Origin: Anolis carolinensis
Taxonomy: Eukaryota
Length of the DNA stretch: 64,000 nucleotides
NCBI RefSeq assembly: GCF_035594765.1
Contig: NC_085846.1
Location: forward strand, 10,155,190-10,219,189
Direction of reading: 5' to 3'
The translations under genes and the position numbers were made by a program. Every line of letters begins with the position of its first letter. Position 1 is the stretch's first letter. Shown in pieces: positions 24,801-36,100 of the stretch. The notes below the pieces were generated by a model. It saw nothing but the letters and a program-made list of their open reading frames with translations. It was not told the DNA's origin and ran no database searches.

Positions 24801-27800
24801 TCAAGGAGCCCGTCTCTCATTGTTTCCACCTCGCTGAAAAAAGTCATTTGGGTTATTTCTAGCATGAAATCAAAGCAGATACCCTTCTGTGAAAACTTGG
24901 GAAAGACTGTGTGTATAAATCTCTTCCAAGGATCATCATCTAGATAAAGGACTCCAATCCAGGACCACTGGAAATGCAGAAGTAATTGGAGAATCCCCAT
25001 ATACTGATGGTCTCCATTTGGGAACATCTGGTGGACAAAAGCTGCTTGGTTTTTGTCATCCATCGGTGGAGCAGAGCCATAAGCAATCTGAAGAACAAAA
25101 ACTATTCTGTTTGTTGAGGCAATTATTAAAACATTTAGCTCTTCTTTTTTTAACCTATAAAATGATAGTTTGACTTTTATGTCATCAAAGCAAAACATTT
25201 TTAATGGGCCAATTCAGGCCCCTTTTTTAAAAAAGGAAGAAAACTAACTGCTGATGCTAGTTGCAATTTCTCTCTGCTGAAGTGATGTAAGGTTTTGGTC
25301 ATAGTGTCAAATGCTCTTGCAGATAATTTGAGTTGAAAGTAAAAATAGAATTTGAAGCTGTCAGGCTATTCAATGCTAATCAATGTGGACAGTTGCAACA
25401 TTTATAGGTAAGGTAAAGGTTTTCCCCTGATGATAAGTCCAGTCGTGGCCGACTCTGAGGGTTGGTGCTCATCTCAATTTCCAAGCCGAAGAGCCGGCGT
25501 TGTCCATAGACAGCTCCAAGGTCATGTGGCCGGCATGACTGCATGGAGCGCCGTTACCTTCCCACTGGAGTGGTACCTATTGATCTACTAACATTTGCAT
25601 GTTTTCGAACTGCTAGGTTGGCAGGAGCTGGGGCTATCAGCGGGCGCTCATTCTGCTCCCAGAATTTGAACCTGTGCCACCAGGGGCCCACAACATTTAC
25701 ACTTGCCTCCAAAGGACAAGAGTTCTTTCTCCCACCTGGGACATTCCACAGATATATAAACCCCACCTGCCTAGTTTCCAACAGACCTTACAACCTCTGA
25801 GTATGTCTGCCATAGATGTGGGTGAAACGACAGGAAAGAATGCTTCTGGAATATGGCCATACAGCCCAGAAAACTCACAGCAACCCAGAATCATAAAGTC
25901 TTGGAGCCCTTCCATGCAGCCCTATATCCCAGAATATCAGGGTAGGAAATCTCACAATATCTGCTTTGAACTGGGTTATCTGATTCCACACTCAGATAAT
26001 GTGAGATTTTCTGCCTTGATATCTTGGGATATAGGGCAACGTGGAAGGGCCCTTGGAGTTGGAAGAGACCTCAGTCTCCACCATATGCATAGATCCATTC
26101 TACCTCTCACAGGTTTTATCAGTCGGGGTGAATATAGATCCTATAATTATGTTACTGGTTTCCTCAATCAAATAGCCATACTTTTGCCTTCTAATGTTGG
26201 CAAGATTTAGGCAAAGGACATGTTTTACATCTTTCTGGATCCTATCACATTCTATTCCACTCCCACAAATAACTATGCTCTATCGCCTGCAGCTTTAACA
26301 TCACACTATGTTACATCTAAAGAAGTGGGTTTATATCCACGAAAGCTTGTGATAGAATAAAAGTCAGTTAATCTTAAAGGTCCTGTCACATTTCTTTGTT
26401 TCTTCCTCTCGCTTATTCCTCTTTGTTCCAGCTGGTGGATTCTATAATAGGAGATTAAAGACCTACCCATAGTCCAATATTTTTTTGGAAGAGAATCAAC
26501 TAACTGTTGGAAGACTTGCAGCCATGTAGTCATGAACAAGTTCCATGTGATGAACTTGCTCACAGACAGCAAGTCTGGAAAGCTCACCATAGCTGAAGAA
26601 AGCATAGCAGAGATATGTCTCTTGAGTTGAAGTAACTAATCAAAAGACAAACACGTTGGTTTTTCAGATTGAAACATTCAACATGACCCTGTATGCCAAG
26701 GCAGCCCTTGCTGTGCTCACACCATTTTAATTTTAAAACCACACAATCCCTAGTTGCGAACAGAAATGAAACGTGAAACAGAAAGGAAACAATGTCTTTT
26801 TAAACTCTGGCATTCAACACGCAGATCTTACCTGTGGAAATTTATATATGCTCAGGATATTTGCCATAAAGAAACACACGTCAGAATTAGGTCCTCCAAT
26901 GACTGCTACTGGCTTGTTCTGGGTGTCACATTTGTAGTTAGGGACAAATTTGTCCCAGGTAGAAAGAAGTTGCATGGATGCAAGAAAGGTCCATTTGGCT
27001 AGAAAATTGCTGTTGGAAATATAGAAGCCCAGCGTAATGTTGGGTAAAAGCAAGGGGTTTGCATTGATCTCCTTCACAGCAAATATCAAGGCCAAGAGAT
27101 GCTGGTAATTCTGTGTTATTACTCTAGGATGAGAGTTAAAGATGGTGTCATATTGCAGAAAACAGCATTAGCTCTCTCTTAATTCAGTATACATTTCAAG
27201 TGGTGTTGTGCTAAAATGCACACTGAACAATCTCTCTGCTCAGATAAATGTGAAGAAAAATCAATCTATAAATCTACTTTTAAATGTGTTACCTATGTAT
27301 TCTGACTTTCTGCAGAAAAGCAATGCAAATAGAGGTAGCTAACATGATCATAAACCCGGATCTCAAACCACTTTAAGAACAGTGTAGCCATTAAAATCAC
27401 AATATCCAAATTAAAGTCACAATACGAAATGAAAATCAAACTAATAAAAAAGAGGTTTTTTAATTTTTTTGAATATAGACATTGATATATACAATGTTTT
27501 GGAAGCTTTTTAGAGTGAAAAAGATGACATGAAAGACCAAATACTTCTAAAAGAGGTATTTTGTTCAATTAAGTAACTAGTTCTTAAACTATTTTGGACT
27601 CTGCATTTTTAACAGGAAAACTGGATAATGTCTGGACAGAATCAAGATATCAATAGGAAAAATAAATCCATACATTACATCACTTTCCAGTTCCTCAGAG
27701 GGATGTTTGCTGTATGTTATCCTATCAGCAGATACGAAGATCTGAGAGAGGATGCCAGCAATGTGCAGGTTTCCGGATTGTTGATACGTATGATGCATGC

Positions 27801-27945
27801 CAAAAGGGAGATTGATGTTCTTTGACTCAACAGGAGTTTTGCATGCCATCTGAGGCAGCAGAATTAATGTCAGGCCCATGAATAACATGACCTTGTATGC
27901 AAATGCTCCATTTAGAGAAATATTCATCAGTGCTTCACCCATCAT
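17983..27945 (-). CDS. V2R gene C, complete, about 889 aa (divergent from B/D/E/F)
   Basis: Exons 27674-27945, 26832-27123, 24239-25087, 23347-23574, 21374-21500, 17983-18884 join in frame (2670 nt). Confidence 0.92.
19390..20960 (+). mobile_element. L2 LINE, degenerate 3' part
   Basis: RT motifs [31 protein letters not shown]; tail ending in (atc)n. Confidence 0.88.
21374..21500 (-). CDS. V2R gene C exon 5
   Basis: 127 nt, [39 protein letters not shown]. Confidence 0.92.
22347..22785 (+). mobile_element. L2-tailed SINE, second subfamily
   Basis: Same tail as the 16224 copy; closely matches the inverted copy at 28712. Confidence 0.85.
23347..23574 (-). CDS. V2R gene C exon 4
   Basis: 228 nt, [32 protein letters not shown]. 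Confidence 0.92.
24239..25087 (-). CDS. V2R gene C exon 3
   Basis: 849 nt, [35 protein letters not shown]. Confidence 0.92.
25350..25890 (+). mobile_element. Penelope-like 3' fragment with nested Sauria SINE
   Basis: pLTR sequence with decayed hammerhead core (ctgagta..gaaacgac). Confidence 0.75.
25406..25688 (-). mobile_element. Sauria SINE
   Basis: Reverse complement of the 6648 family; 9-bp duplication caacattta at 25396 and 25691. Confidence 0.9.
25903..26052. mobile_element. PIF/Harbinger-like MITE
   Basis: About 60-bp imperfect TIRs gagcccttcca...tggaagggccc. Confidence 0.7.
26310..26400 (+). mobile_element. Penelope-like pLTR relic of a second family, decayed hammerhead
   Basis: ctaaagaaGTGGgtttatatCCACgaaagctt followed by aataaa..gttaatcttaaagg. 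Confidence 0.55.
26832..27123 (-). CDS. V2R gene C exon 2
   Basis: 292 nt, [17 protein letters not shown]. Confidence 0.92.
27674..27945 (-). CDS. V2R gene C exon 1
   Basis: Signal segment [25 protein letters not shown] donor in phase 2; start codon uncertain. Confidence 0.8.
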
Positions 27946-27987
27946 TATTCAAATATTCTGTCACAATATGGCCTCACTACAATGAGT

Positions 27988-28104
27988 TGAGAGAAGATGC
28001 CAGCAATGAGCAGGTCTCCGGACCGATGAGACCTATGATGCGTAGTAAAAGGGTGATGATTGATATTCTTTGTCTCAGCAGGATCTTTGCATGCTATTGG
28101 AGGC
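27988..28104 (-). pseudogene. Diverged tandem copy of part of gene C exon 1
   Basis: Aligns to 27743-27856; reads IACKDPAETKNINHHPFTTHHRSHRSGDLLIAGIFSQ, bounded by stops. Confidence 0.8.
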
Positions 28105-28711
28105 TCAGCCCTTTTGAAATCAGATCTCTACAGTATGAAGATTCAACAGTCAAAATGATGGATCCATGTCTTGCTCTAGCTACAGCTCTGAAAGACCTGG
28201 ACAATATTAATAGTACTTGTAACTATGCCCTCCTCTTCATGCCTGCTCAGAAGTCAGTCCCATAAATTCAGTGGAACTTACTCCTCTGTGTATCTGCACA
28301 GGTTCTCCACCTCAAATGGAGTGGTTTTCCTAGTGATTTTTAGAAATCCCAGGGGTCTCAGAAAATTAATTGCTACATTGGCCACGATCACATCTGCTTC
28401 TTAGGGAAGAAGGAGATGTAAACATGGCCAATTTAGCAATTACAGGAGAGTTAAATCAGGATTATAGGTTCTTTGAGATTCTACCAAAGTAGTGTGTGTG
28501 TGTGTCTGTTTGTGACATTTCTCTTGATGTCACAAGGGAGACACAAGGGCTTGTAATCACCAATGGCAAGAACATATTTCTGTGGATATGACACTTTCGA
28601 AAACGAAAAGCCATAATAGATTGTGAAGCATTAATTTTAAGAGTGCAGAGTTTTGCACAGTGAACTAGCACTGGTTTGAGTGTTAGATTAAGGATGCATC
28701 TCTACTGTAGA

Positions 28712-29212
28712 AATTTATTTATTTATTTATTTATTTATTTACAGTATTTATATTCCGCCCTTCTCACCCCGAAGGGGACTCAGGGCGGATCACATTATAC
28801 ACATACAGGGCAAACATTCAATGCCCATAAACACATCGAACCGAGACAGAGACAGACAGACAGACAGACAGAGAGACGCAGAGGCAATTTAACTTTCTCC
28901 TGAGGGGATGTTCGATTCTGGCCACAGGTGGAGCAGCTGCTTCATCATCCACTCTGATGGCACTTCCTCACTTCCTCATTCCAACGTTGTACATTAGTTA
29001 AACTTGCCTCCCACTTTTATAAGTGGTACCTTATTTCCTACTTGATAGATGCAACTATCTTTCGGGTTGCTAGGTCAGCAACGAGCAGGGGCTATATTTT
29101 ATTTTTAATTGACGGGTGCTCACCCCGCCAGGGGCTGGCCTCGAACTCATGACCTCATGGTCAGAGTGATTTATTGCAGCAGCTGCTCACCAGCCTGCGC
29201 CACAGCCCGACC
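28712..29212 (-). mobile_element. L2-tailed SINE, second subfamily
   Basis: Full-length, reverse orientation, (ttta)n tail. Confidence 0.85.
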
Positions 29213-29479
29213 ACAGAAATGAGGTTTAACTCCCCCCCCCCCCCACCATGGCCCAATGCTATGGAATTCTGGAAACTGTTGTTTGGTGATGTACCAGCAC
29301 TTCTGGGCTAAACTACATCATCTAAGATTCCATAGCATTGATCCATAGCTTTTCATGATTTACACAGAGGCTGATTTTCTTGGGATATTCTTTAGTGCAG
29401 CCCACAATCCAGTAATGCTCATGCCTCTTTCTTTCTTGAACTCAGCTTGGACATCTGGCACTTTTTGCTCTATAGTAAA

Positions 29480-29625
29480 TGTCTTGTTGAAGGCTTTTAT
29501 GGCCATAATTACTGGGTTGCTGGGAGTTTTTCAGGCTGTTATGGTCATGTTCTAACAATATTCTCTCCTGATGTTTTACCTGCATCTGTGGCTGGCATCT
29601 TCAGAGGTTCTGTTGGCAGTGAAGC
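29480..29625 (-). mobile_element. Penelope-like pLTR relic
   Basis: Degenerate match to the 42279 copy. Confidence 0.7.
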
Positions 29626-29748
29626 AATGTTCATGACTCTTTTTTCCTGAATCAAGCTTGGATATCTGGCACTTTTTTGCTCTACATATGGTAAAAGTTT
29701 TGTTAGTAGAATCTTGAGCATTGTGTTGCTTGTATGGGAAATTGTATG

Positions 29749-30221
29749 GGGCCGGGCTGTGGCGCAGCTGGCTAGTAACCAGCTGTAATAAATCACTACT
29801 GACTGAGAAGTCATGAGTTCAAAGCCTGGGTTGGGTTAAGCCCCCGACCATTAAATAGCCCGGCTTGCTGTTGACCTATGCAGCCCGAAAGACAGTTGCA
29901 TCTGTCAAGTAGGAAATTTAGGTACGCTTTATGCGGGAGGCTATTTTAACTAATTTACAACACCATAAAAACTGCCAGCAACATGCTGGAAAGGAATGAG
30001 GAAGTACAGTTACTAGTGGACAGTTAAGCAACAGCTCCCCCTGTGGCCGGAATCGTGAAGCTGGAAATGTTAAATGCCTCTGTGTGTGTCTATACTGTAT
30101 GTTGTTTGTCTGATGGCATTGAATGTTTGCCATATATATGTTCATTGTAATCCTCCCTGAGTCCCCTTCGGGGTGAGAAGGGTGGAATATAAATACTGTA
30201 ATTAATTAAATAGATAATAAA
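29749..30221 (+). mobile_element. L2-tailed SINE
   Basis: Near-identical to 16224-16681. Confidence 0.85.
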
Positions 30222-30996
30222 TGGTCTTGTGGTTACTGCAATCTTAGGTGTCCCCTTTCTTGGGAATGGGTTGTGTATTTATATGGAGAATTGAGTACAC
30301 TTTTACCTCTTGTTGCTGGTGTTATCCCACTGCAACTGGGAAGTTTTCAAGGAGAGTACACCGCAGTTATTTTTTTACTGGGGATGAGGTGCAGTAATCA
30401 CCATCCTTCTTGCTGGTCACCCAATGTTGACACTGACAGAAGCATCCTAGGCCAAGAAGAAGGAGGGGAGAGTGCCTCTGCTTTTGTGGCTACTAGTTAG
30501 TGGCACTGGCACTATCTGGCCTTTCCCTGCACTGTTTAGTGAAGGAAAAAGCTGATGGCATTGGAGTCCCATTGGACAGTGTATCAGGTTGTGTGATGTT
30601 GCCTGGTGGAAAAATTATTCTGTTGTGCCCCAGTTGACAAAAGAATTGACCCCCATTGCTTGCAGTGGCTCATACAGCACTTTTACAATCATAGCAATAC
30701 TACCCCAACCATGAATGCGTAGGCTTTGTGAATATGAATAAGTTACAGCTTTCTAGCCCTAGGTTATGAATCCAGAATGGTAATATTAAATTCTAGCTGT
30801 GGTATTTTGGGAGAAATCATCATGTCTTTGCACTCATGCATACACACTTACACATTCAACCATATATTAAATATATATCTTTCTTCTGCACCAGAATATC
30901 AAACAGAGAAGGAGTTCTCATGTGATTCTTTTATTTACATTGCAATAAAGGCAACATGGGGTGGGTTGCGGGGAGGTGAGGGACAGACAATCTTCT

Positions 30997-31116
30997 TTGG
31001 GTTGCTGTGAGTCTTTCGGGCTGTATAGCCATATTTGAAAGCTTTCTCTTCTTTTTACTGGTCATATGGGCCTCACAGCAATGCAGTGATTCTGGCCATG
31101 AAAGCCTTTGACAATA
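30997..31116. mobile_element. Penelope-like inverted relic
   Basis: gggttgctgtgag..ccatgaaagcctttgacaa; empty site in the B 3' flank near 3235. Confidence 0.7.
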
Positions 31117-31579
31117 CAATCTTTGTCACCATCCAAGGAGAAAAACTTTAGCTCTTCTGAAATATAGCTCAAATGGCTGGCTTGTGGATGACACAGGTGC
31201 TCCTGATCATCTGTTATAATCACGATGAGTGTAAGTTGCCCATTCCCTAGTGATGCATGGATTTGTAATGACACACACCAAAGTGAGACCAAATGACCTA
31301 AAGCATAATCTTAAGCATAAAAGAAATTAGCATGAGATATTTCCAATAGTGGAATGTTATACATTAGCATAATTCTAAACCTAATATTGGTCTTACATAT
31401 ACTGATTCTTCAATACAAACTAAGACTGGGACCCATCCTTCTGATGGAATTATGAGGATTAAATATAGATCATTCTTTTGTACCAGAATATAATCTCTCA
31501 TCAGGACATTTTATTAACATTAGGAACCAAATTCTAAATAACAGACAACAGATGATAAATGAATAAACAGAAACTTTCT

Positions 31580-32481
31580 TTAATGCTTTCTCTTCATTAC
31601 TTGCTCCTTTGTATTCATATCAGGCCTCAGAATGATGATATAGCATTTGGGGAAAAATATAAAACCAAGTAATCCGGCACTGGAAGCTAAGATTGAGAAG
31701 ATCTCCACGGCCACCATGTATTTCCCCTTGGAGCTCAAGTATGTTGGCACAAAGGAAATCCACACACTGCAGAAGACCAACATGCTGAAGGTGATGAACT
31801 TGGCTTCATTAAAACTGTCAGGCAACTTCCTGGCAAAGAAAGCTGACGTGAAACTGCAAATGGACAGGAAACCCATAAAACCCAAGAGGCAATAAAACAT
31901 GGTGATTGACCCTTCATTACACTTCAGAATGACTTCTTCAGCCATTGAGTTCACATCAAGATCAGGAAATGGTGGAAAGGTAGACAGCCACACTGTACAA
32001 ATGGTGGCTTGAATGAGCAAGCTGGAAAGAACAATGGACGTGGCCATTCTTTTCCCCAACCATTTCCTCAACTTGGATTCAGGCTTGGTGGCTTGGAAAG
32101 CAAGAATCACAGTGATAGTTTTTGCCAAGACTGAAGAAATGGCCACGGAGAAGATGATGCCAAAAGCTGTCTGCCGAAAGAGACAGGTCATCTTCTGTGG
32201 CTTTCCAATGAACAGCAGAGCACAAAGGAAGGAGAGCAGGAGGGAGAGGAGGAGGGTGTAGGTGAGGGTCCGATTATTGGCCTTGACAATGGGAGTGTCC
32301 CGGTGTTTGAGGAAGATCCCAAGCACCACAGAAGTCACACAAAAGAGTAAAAGAGCAGAGCTGGCCAGACTTGTCCCCAGAGCTTCTTCAAAAGTGAGGA
32401 AAGTTAGAGATTTGGGGATGCAGAAATCCCTGTTCTTGTTTGGGTAATGATCTTCTGGACACTGAAAGCAGTTATCCACAT
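31580..32481 (-). CDS. V2R gene D exon 6 (7TM)
   Basis: 902 nt, TAG acceptor, intact motifs. Confidence 0.93.
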
Positions 32482-33093
32482 CTAGGGAAAAGGAAACATT
32501 GACATACTCTAAAAGTCAATTGATATAGTCAAAACATCATTTTGAAAGCCTGTAGTAAAGCCTATGGCATCAGCATTTCCACATCCCATGTCCTGGATAT
32601 GTTAAATTATTAAATATTTAAAATGCACGCTTTGATAGATAATTTATTTTATTTTATTTATTTCCAATATTTCTATCCCACCCTTCTCACCTGAAGGGAC
32701 TCAGGGCGGCGTACAATTGGCAACAATTCAATGCCGATACATCATTAAAAACAACAACATATAAAAATATATTACAACCAATTCAATACAGTATAAAATA
32801 TAAAACATAAACATATGCTTAAAATCCATTCATCCAATATCCTCCAACTTTATCCATATAACAGTCTGGGTTGTCTTTATCATTTATTCGTTAAAAGCCT
32901 GGGCACATAGCCATGTTTTTAAGGCTTTTCTAAAACTCAAAAGGGTTTTTTTAATTGCATCAAACTATACCATTGAAGAAGATAAAAATGAACTCATCTA
33001 GCTAATTGACTATAGGAATATTCCAAAAAAAAATTACTGAAAGAAATTTTCAGTAACATTGGAAGGAATATTGACTAGAAATAGACTAAGAGA

Positions 33094-33145
<52 letters not shown>

Positions 33146-36100
33146 GTGCGGTTTTCTGGCATCGTGTATTTCTGCCATTTCTCTGTCTGTTCATTTGTAT
33201 TTTGATTCTGTAGCCCACTTGTTGATGGATATCCAGAATCAGAACTGGATGTCCAGAACTGGTGGGATCACAAACCTGCAAAGGTGGTGTAAAATGAGGA
33301 TGCAAAAATACTGTGGGACTTTTGAATCCAGACTGACAAAGTTTTGGAACACAACACACCAGGCCTCACAGTTGTCGAAAATAAAATAGTTTGGATTATT
33401 GATGTCGCCATACCAGGTGACAGTTGTATTGATAAAAACAACAAGAAAAACTCAGCCATTATCAGGACCTTAAAATCGAACTGCAAAGTCTCTGGCATAA
33501 ACAAGTGCAGGTGGTCCCTGTAGTGATCGGCACACTGGGTGCCGTGCCACAAGCTCTCAGCCGGCATTTGGAAACAATAAACATTGACAAAATTACGATC
33601 TGTCAACTGCAAAATCACTAAAGTGGGAGGGGTTGGAAGAGGGGAGAGTGTAACTAAATACGAATATTGTACAGATATTAGGAAATACTGTATTGGCCCA
33701 TGCAGATATACATGTATATAGATTTGTTTCACTTTTTTATGAATATGTAAATTGAAATTAAAAAACATATTAATCTGAAAATCTAAAATTACAAATTTTG
33801 TCTTGAAAATAGAGTGTGAAGGAAAGTTATAGAAAACACATTCCATGTGAAATAAGAAGATGGAAAGTGAGGGAGGGAGGGGGGGAAGAAGGAAAGAAGG
33901 ATGGACCACTCTTACCCTTCTGGGCAGAAATCTTCCCTTCTGGACATGGAATACAATCATAGCAGCAAAATGGCTTCCCTTCCTTCTTTCTTTTACTATA
34001 ACCTGGATAACAATGGTCATTACACAAAGAAAGAGGTTGTGCCTATCAACAAATAAAGGGAAATATTTCATGGTGATGGCCTTTAGCTCTCTTTCCCCCT
34101 CCAATATAATTCAGTGGAATCTGTTTGAGTTTTAAATTTTGTCTGGCATCTGTAATGAACTAATGAGGGCAAAGAAACTGAGTGTGAGTTCTGACAAGAC
34201 AGAGGTGCTCACGGTCAGTTGAAAGGCAGATAAACCAATCAGGAGACACCCTGTGGTGGTTAACTTTACACTGGAAGTACACAGATACGCAACTTATGTG
34301 GCCTCAGCCTTGAATATAGCAGGGCAGGAAAGATGGTCACTAATATTAAAATTGCCCAGGGTTCTGCGGATTCCAGGTGTGCTCTGGAACACTGAAAGGC
34401 TATGGGGCTACCACCACCCAATGCTGAAGAAGCCTGATCCATCCACAGTTATACATGCCTTGATAACATCTGATTTGGATTATTATCACACTCCATGAGG
34501 GCTAACTTTAAAGAGTGTTCAGAAATTTCAGCTGGGACCAAGAGTAAATCCACAAAGTCTGTGATCTCCTCAATTCAAAGTGTTGGTTGTGAACCAGAAA
34601 GGCCTACACAACATACGTAGATCTAGATTATTGGACAAATCAGACTGCCTGGATCCTGATATTTTTTTTAAAAAAAGTCTACCATTTTTGGTTCCATCAT
34701 CTGAACAAATATGCTTGGTAGAAACAGGAGGGAGGACCTTTTCAGTGGAGAAGAAAGAATGAAAGTAGTATTTCCAGTTCATGAAAAACACTCTCTAGTT
34801 TGAATGTTGTTTGATAGTTTTCCTACCGAGATGATATGCTTATGATATGGGAATCTGACAGTGAGATACTGTACATCCTTTTTTGGGAGAGTGGAAATCA
34901 TCACATGATGGAATGTATTCACGTCCTACCTGATTGAACCAGCTGGGCCATACCATGGCATCCTCATGAACAGTGAACTCAACGGTTGGTAGAGACTGTG
35001 GATCTATTCTTCCCACTTTCACTCGACTAAAGGTCTCATTGGGGAATGTGACCCAGTTGACGATATCAAGCCCAGATACCAATTCCCCATTTTTATTAAA
35101 GGAAATCTGTTCACCAACAGTGTTGTTAAATATAACTCGTTTTAGGAAGTGAAGAAGCTAAATTGAGAGGAGAAAATGCAGTTACAAATGATGCTCTTTC
35201 CAAATAAACAACATATGATAGTAAATGCTTGCATTTGACATCTACGTTTAAGGGAACCTATGTGTTCTTATAGAAGGTATATGTTTATTGGTGATACTAA
35301 TGAGTTATTTTATATAAAGCTAGGAAATGTCTAGCACACTGAGCAGTGCGTGCACATCTTCCAGTATAGACTGCATTAACCAGGAAAGAGATTCCACCTG
35401 ATCTTGAATGCTCAACAGGGTCAGCCCTGGATAGTGCTTGGATAGTGCATCCACACATGGTTTGGTAACTGCACAATGGCCAAAGGGTCACCACTACTGC
35501 ACAGAGAATCATTGGTTGCCCTCTCCCCTCTTTGGAAGAACTTTATAGGTCCCTTAGTCTTAAGAAAGCTCAGGGCATTTTTGGGAATCCATCTCACCCA
35601 GCATATTCCTTACTTGAATGATTGCCATCTGCAGATGCAAACGGTATAGGGTCACAAAGACAAGGAGAAATAGACAGAGAGACAGCTTCTATCTTAGAGC
35701 TGTGGCTATGTTGAACTCCATGATTTCACTTTGGTGTGGCATTGGGGGCGGTGCGGTGGTCGTGGGGACGTGGAGGGATGGGTGTGTTGTTTATGTGGTC
35801 TGTTTGGGGGAAGCATTTAATTTTGTTGTGCAACAGTACAATGACAATACAGCTATTCTATTCTATTCTATTCTATTCTATTCTATTCTATTCTATTCTA
35901 TTCTATTCTATTCTATTCTATTCTATTCATTCTAGTGCTTGGATGGAAGGTGACCCAGTCCTAGTGCCTAGACACTAAAATTCTAAATTATCCAGAAAAC
36001 TTGGGGGCTAAACATACAAATAAGGTGAATGATTCTGTAACATTGTGCTCCAAACATTACCTGCCATGACTGCATTTTTTGAAGATCTCTGATCTCAGTT

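Noticed and set aside
33827-34104. Alternative-frame ORFs over exon 5 ([15 protein letters not shown]..) repeated in all paralogs
   Set aside because: Off-frame reading of the 127-nt Cys-rich exon extended into introns; lengths and ends are not conserved.
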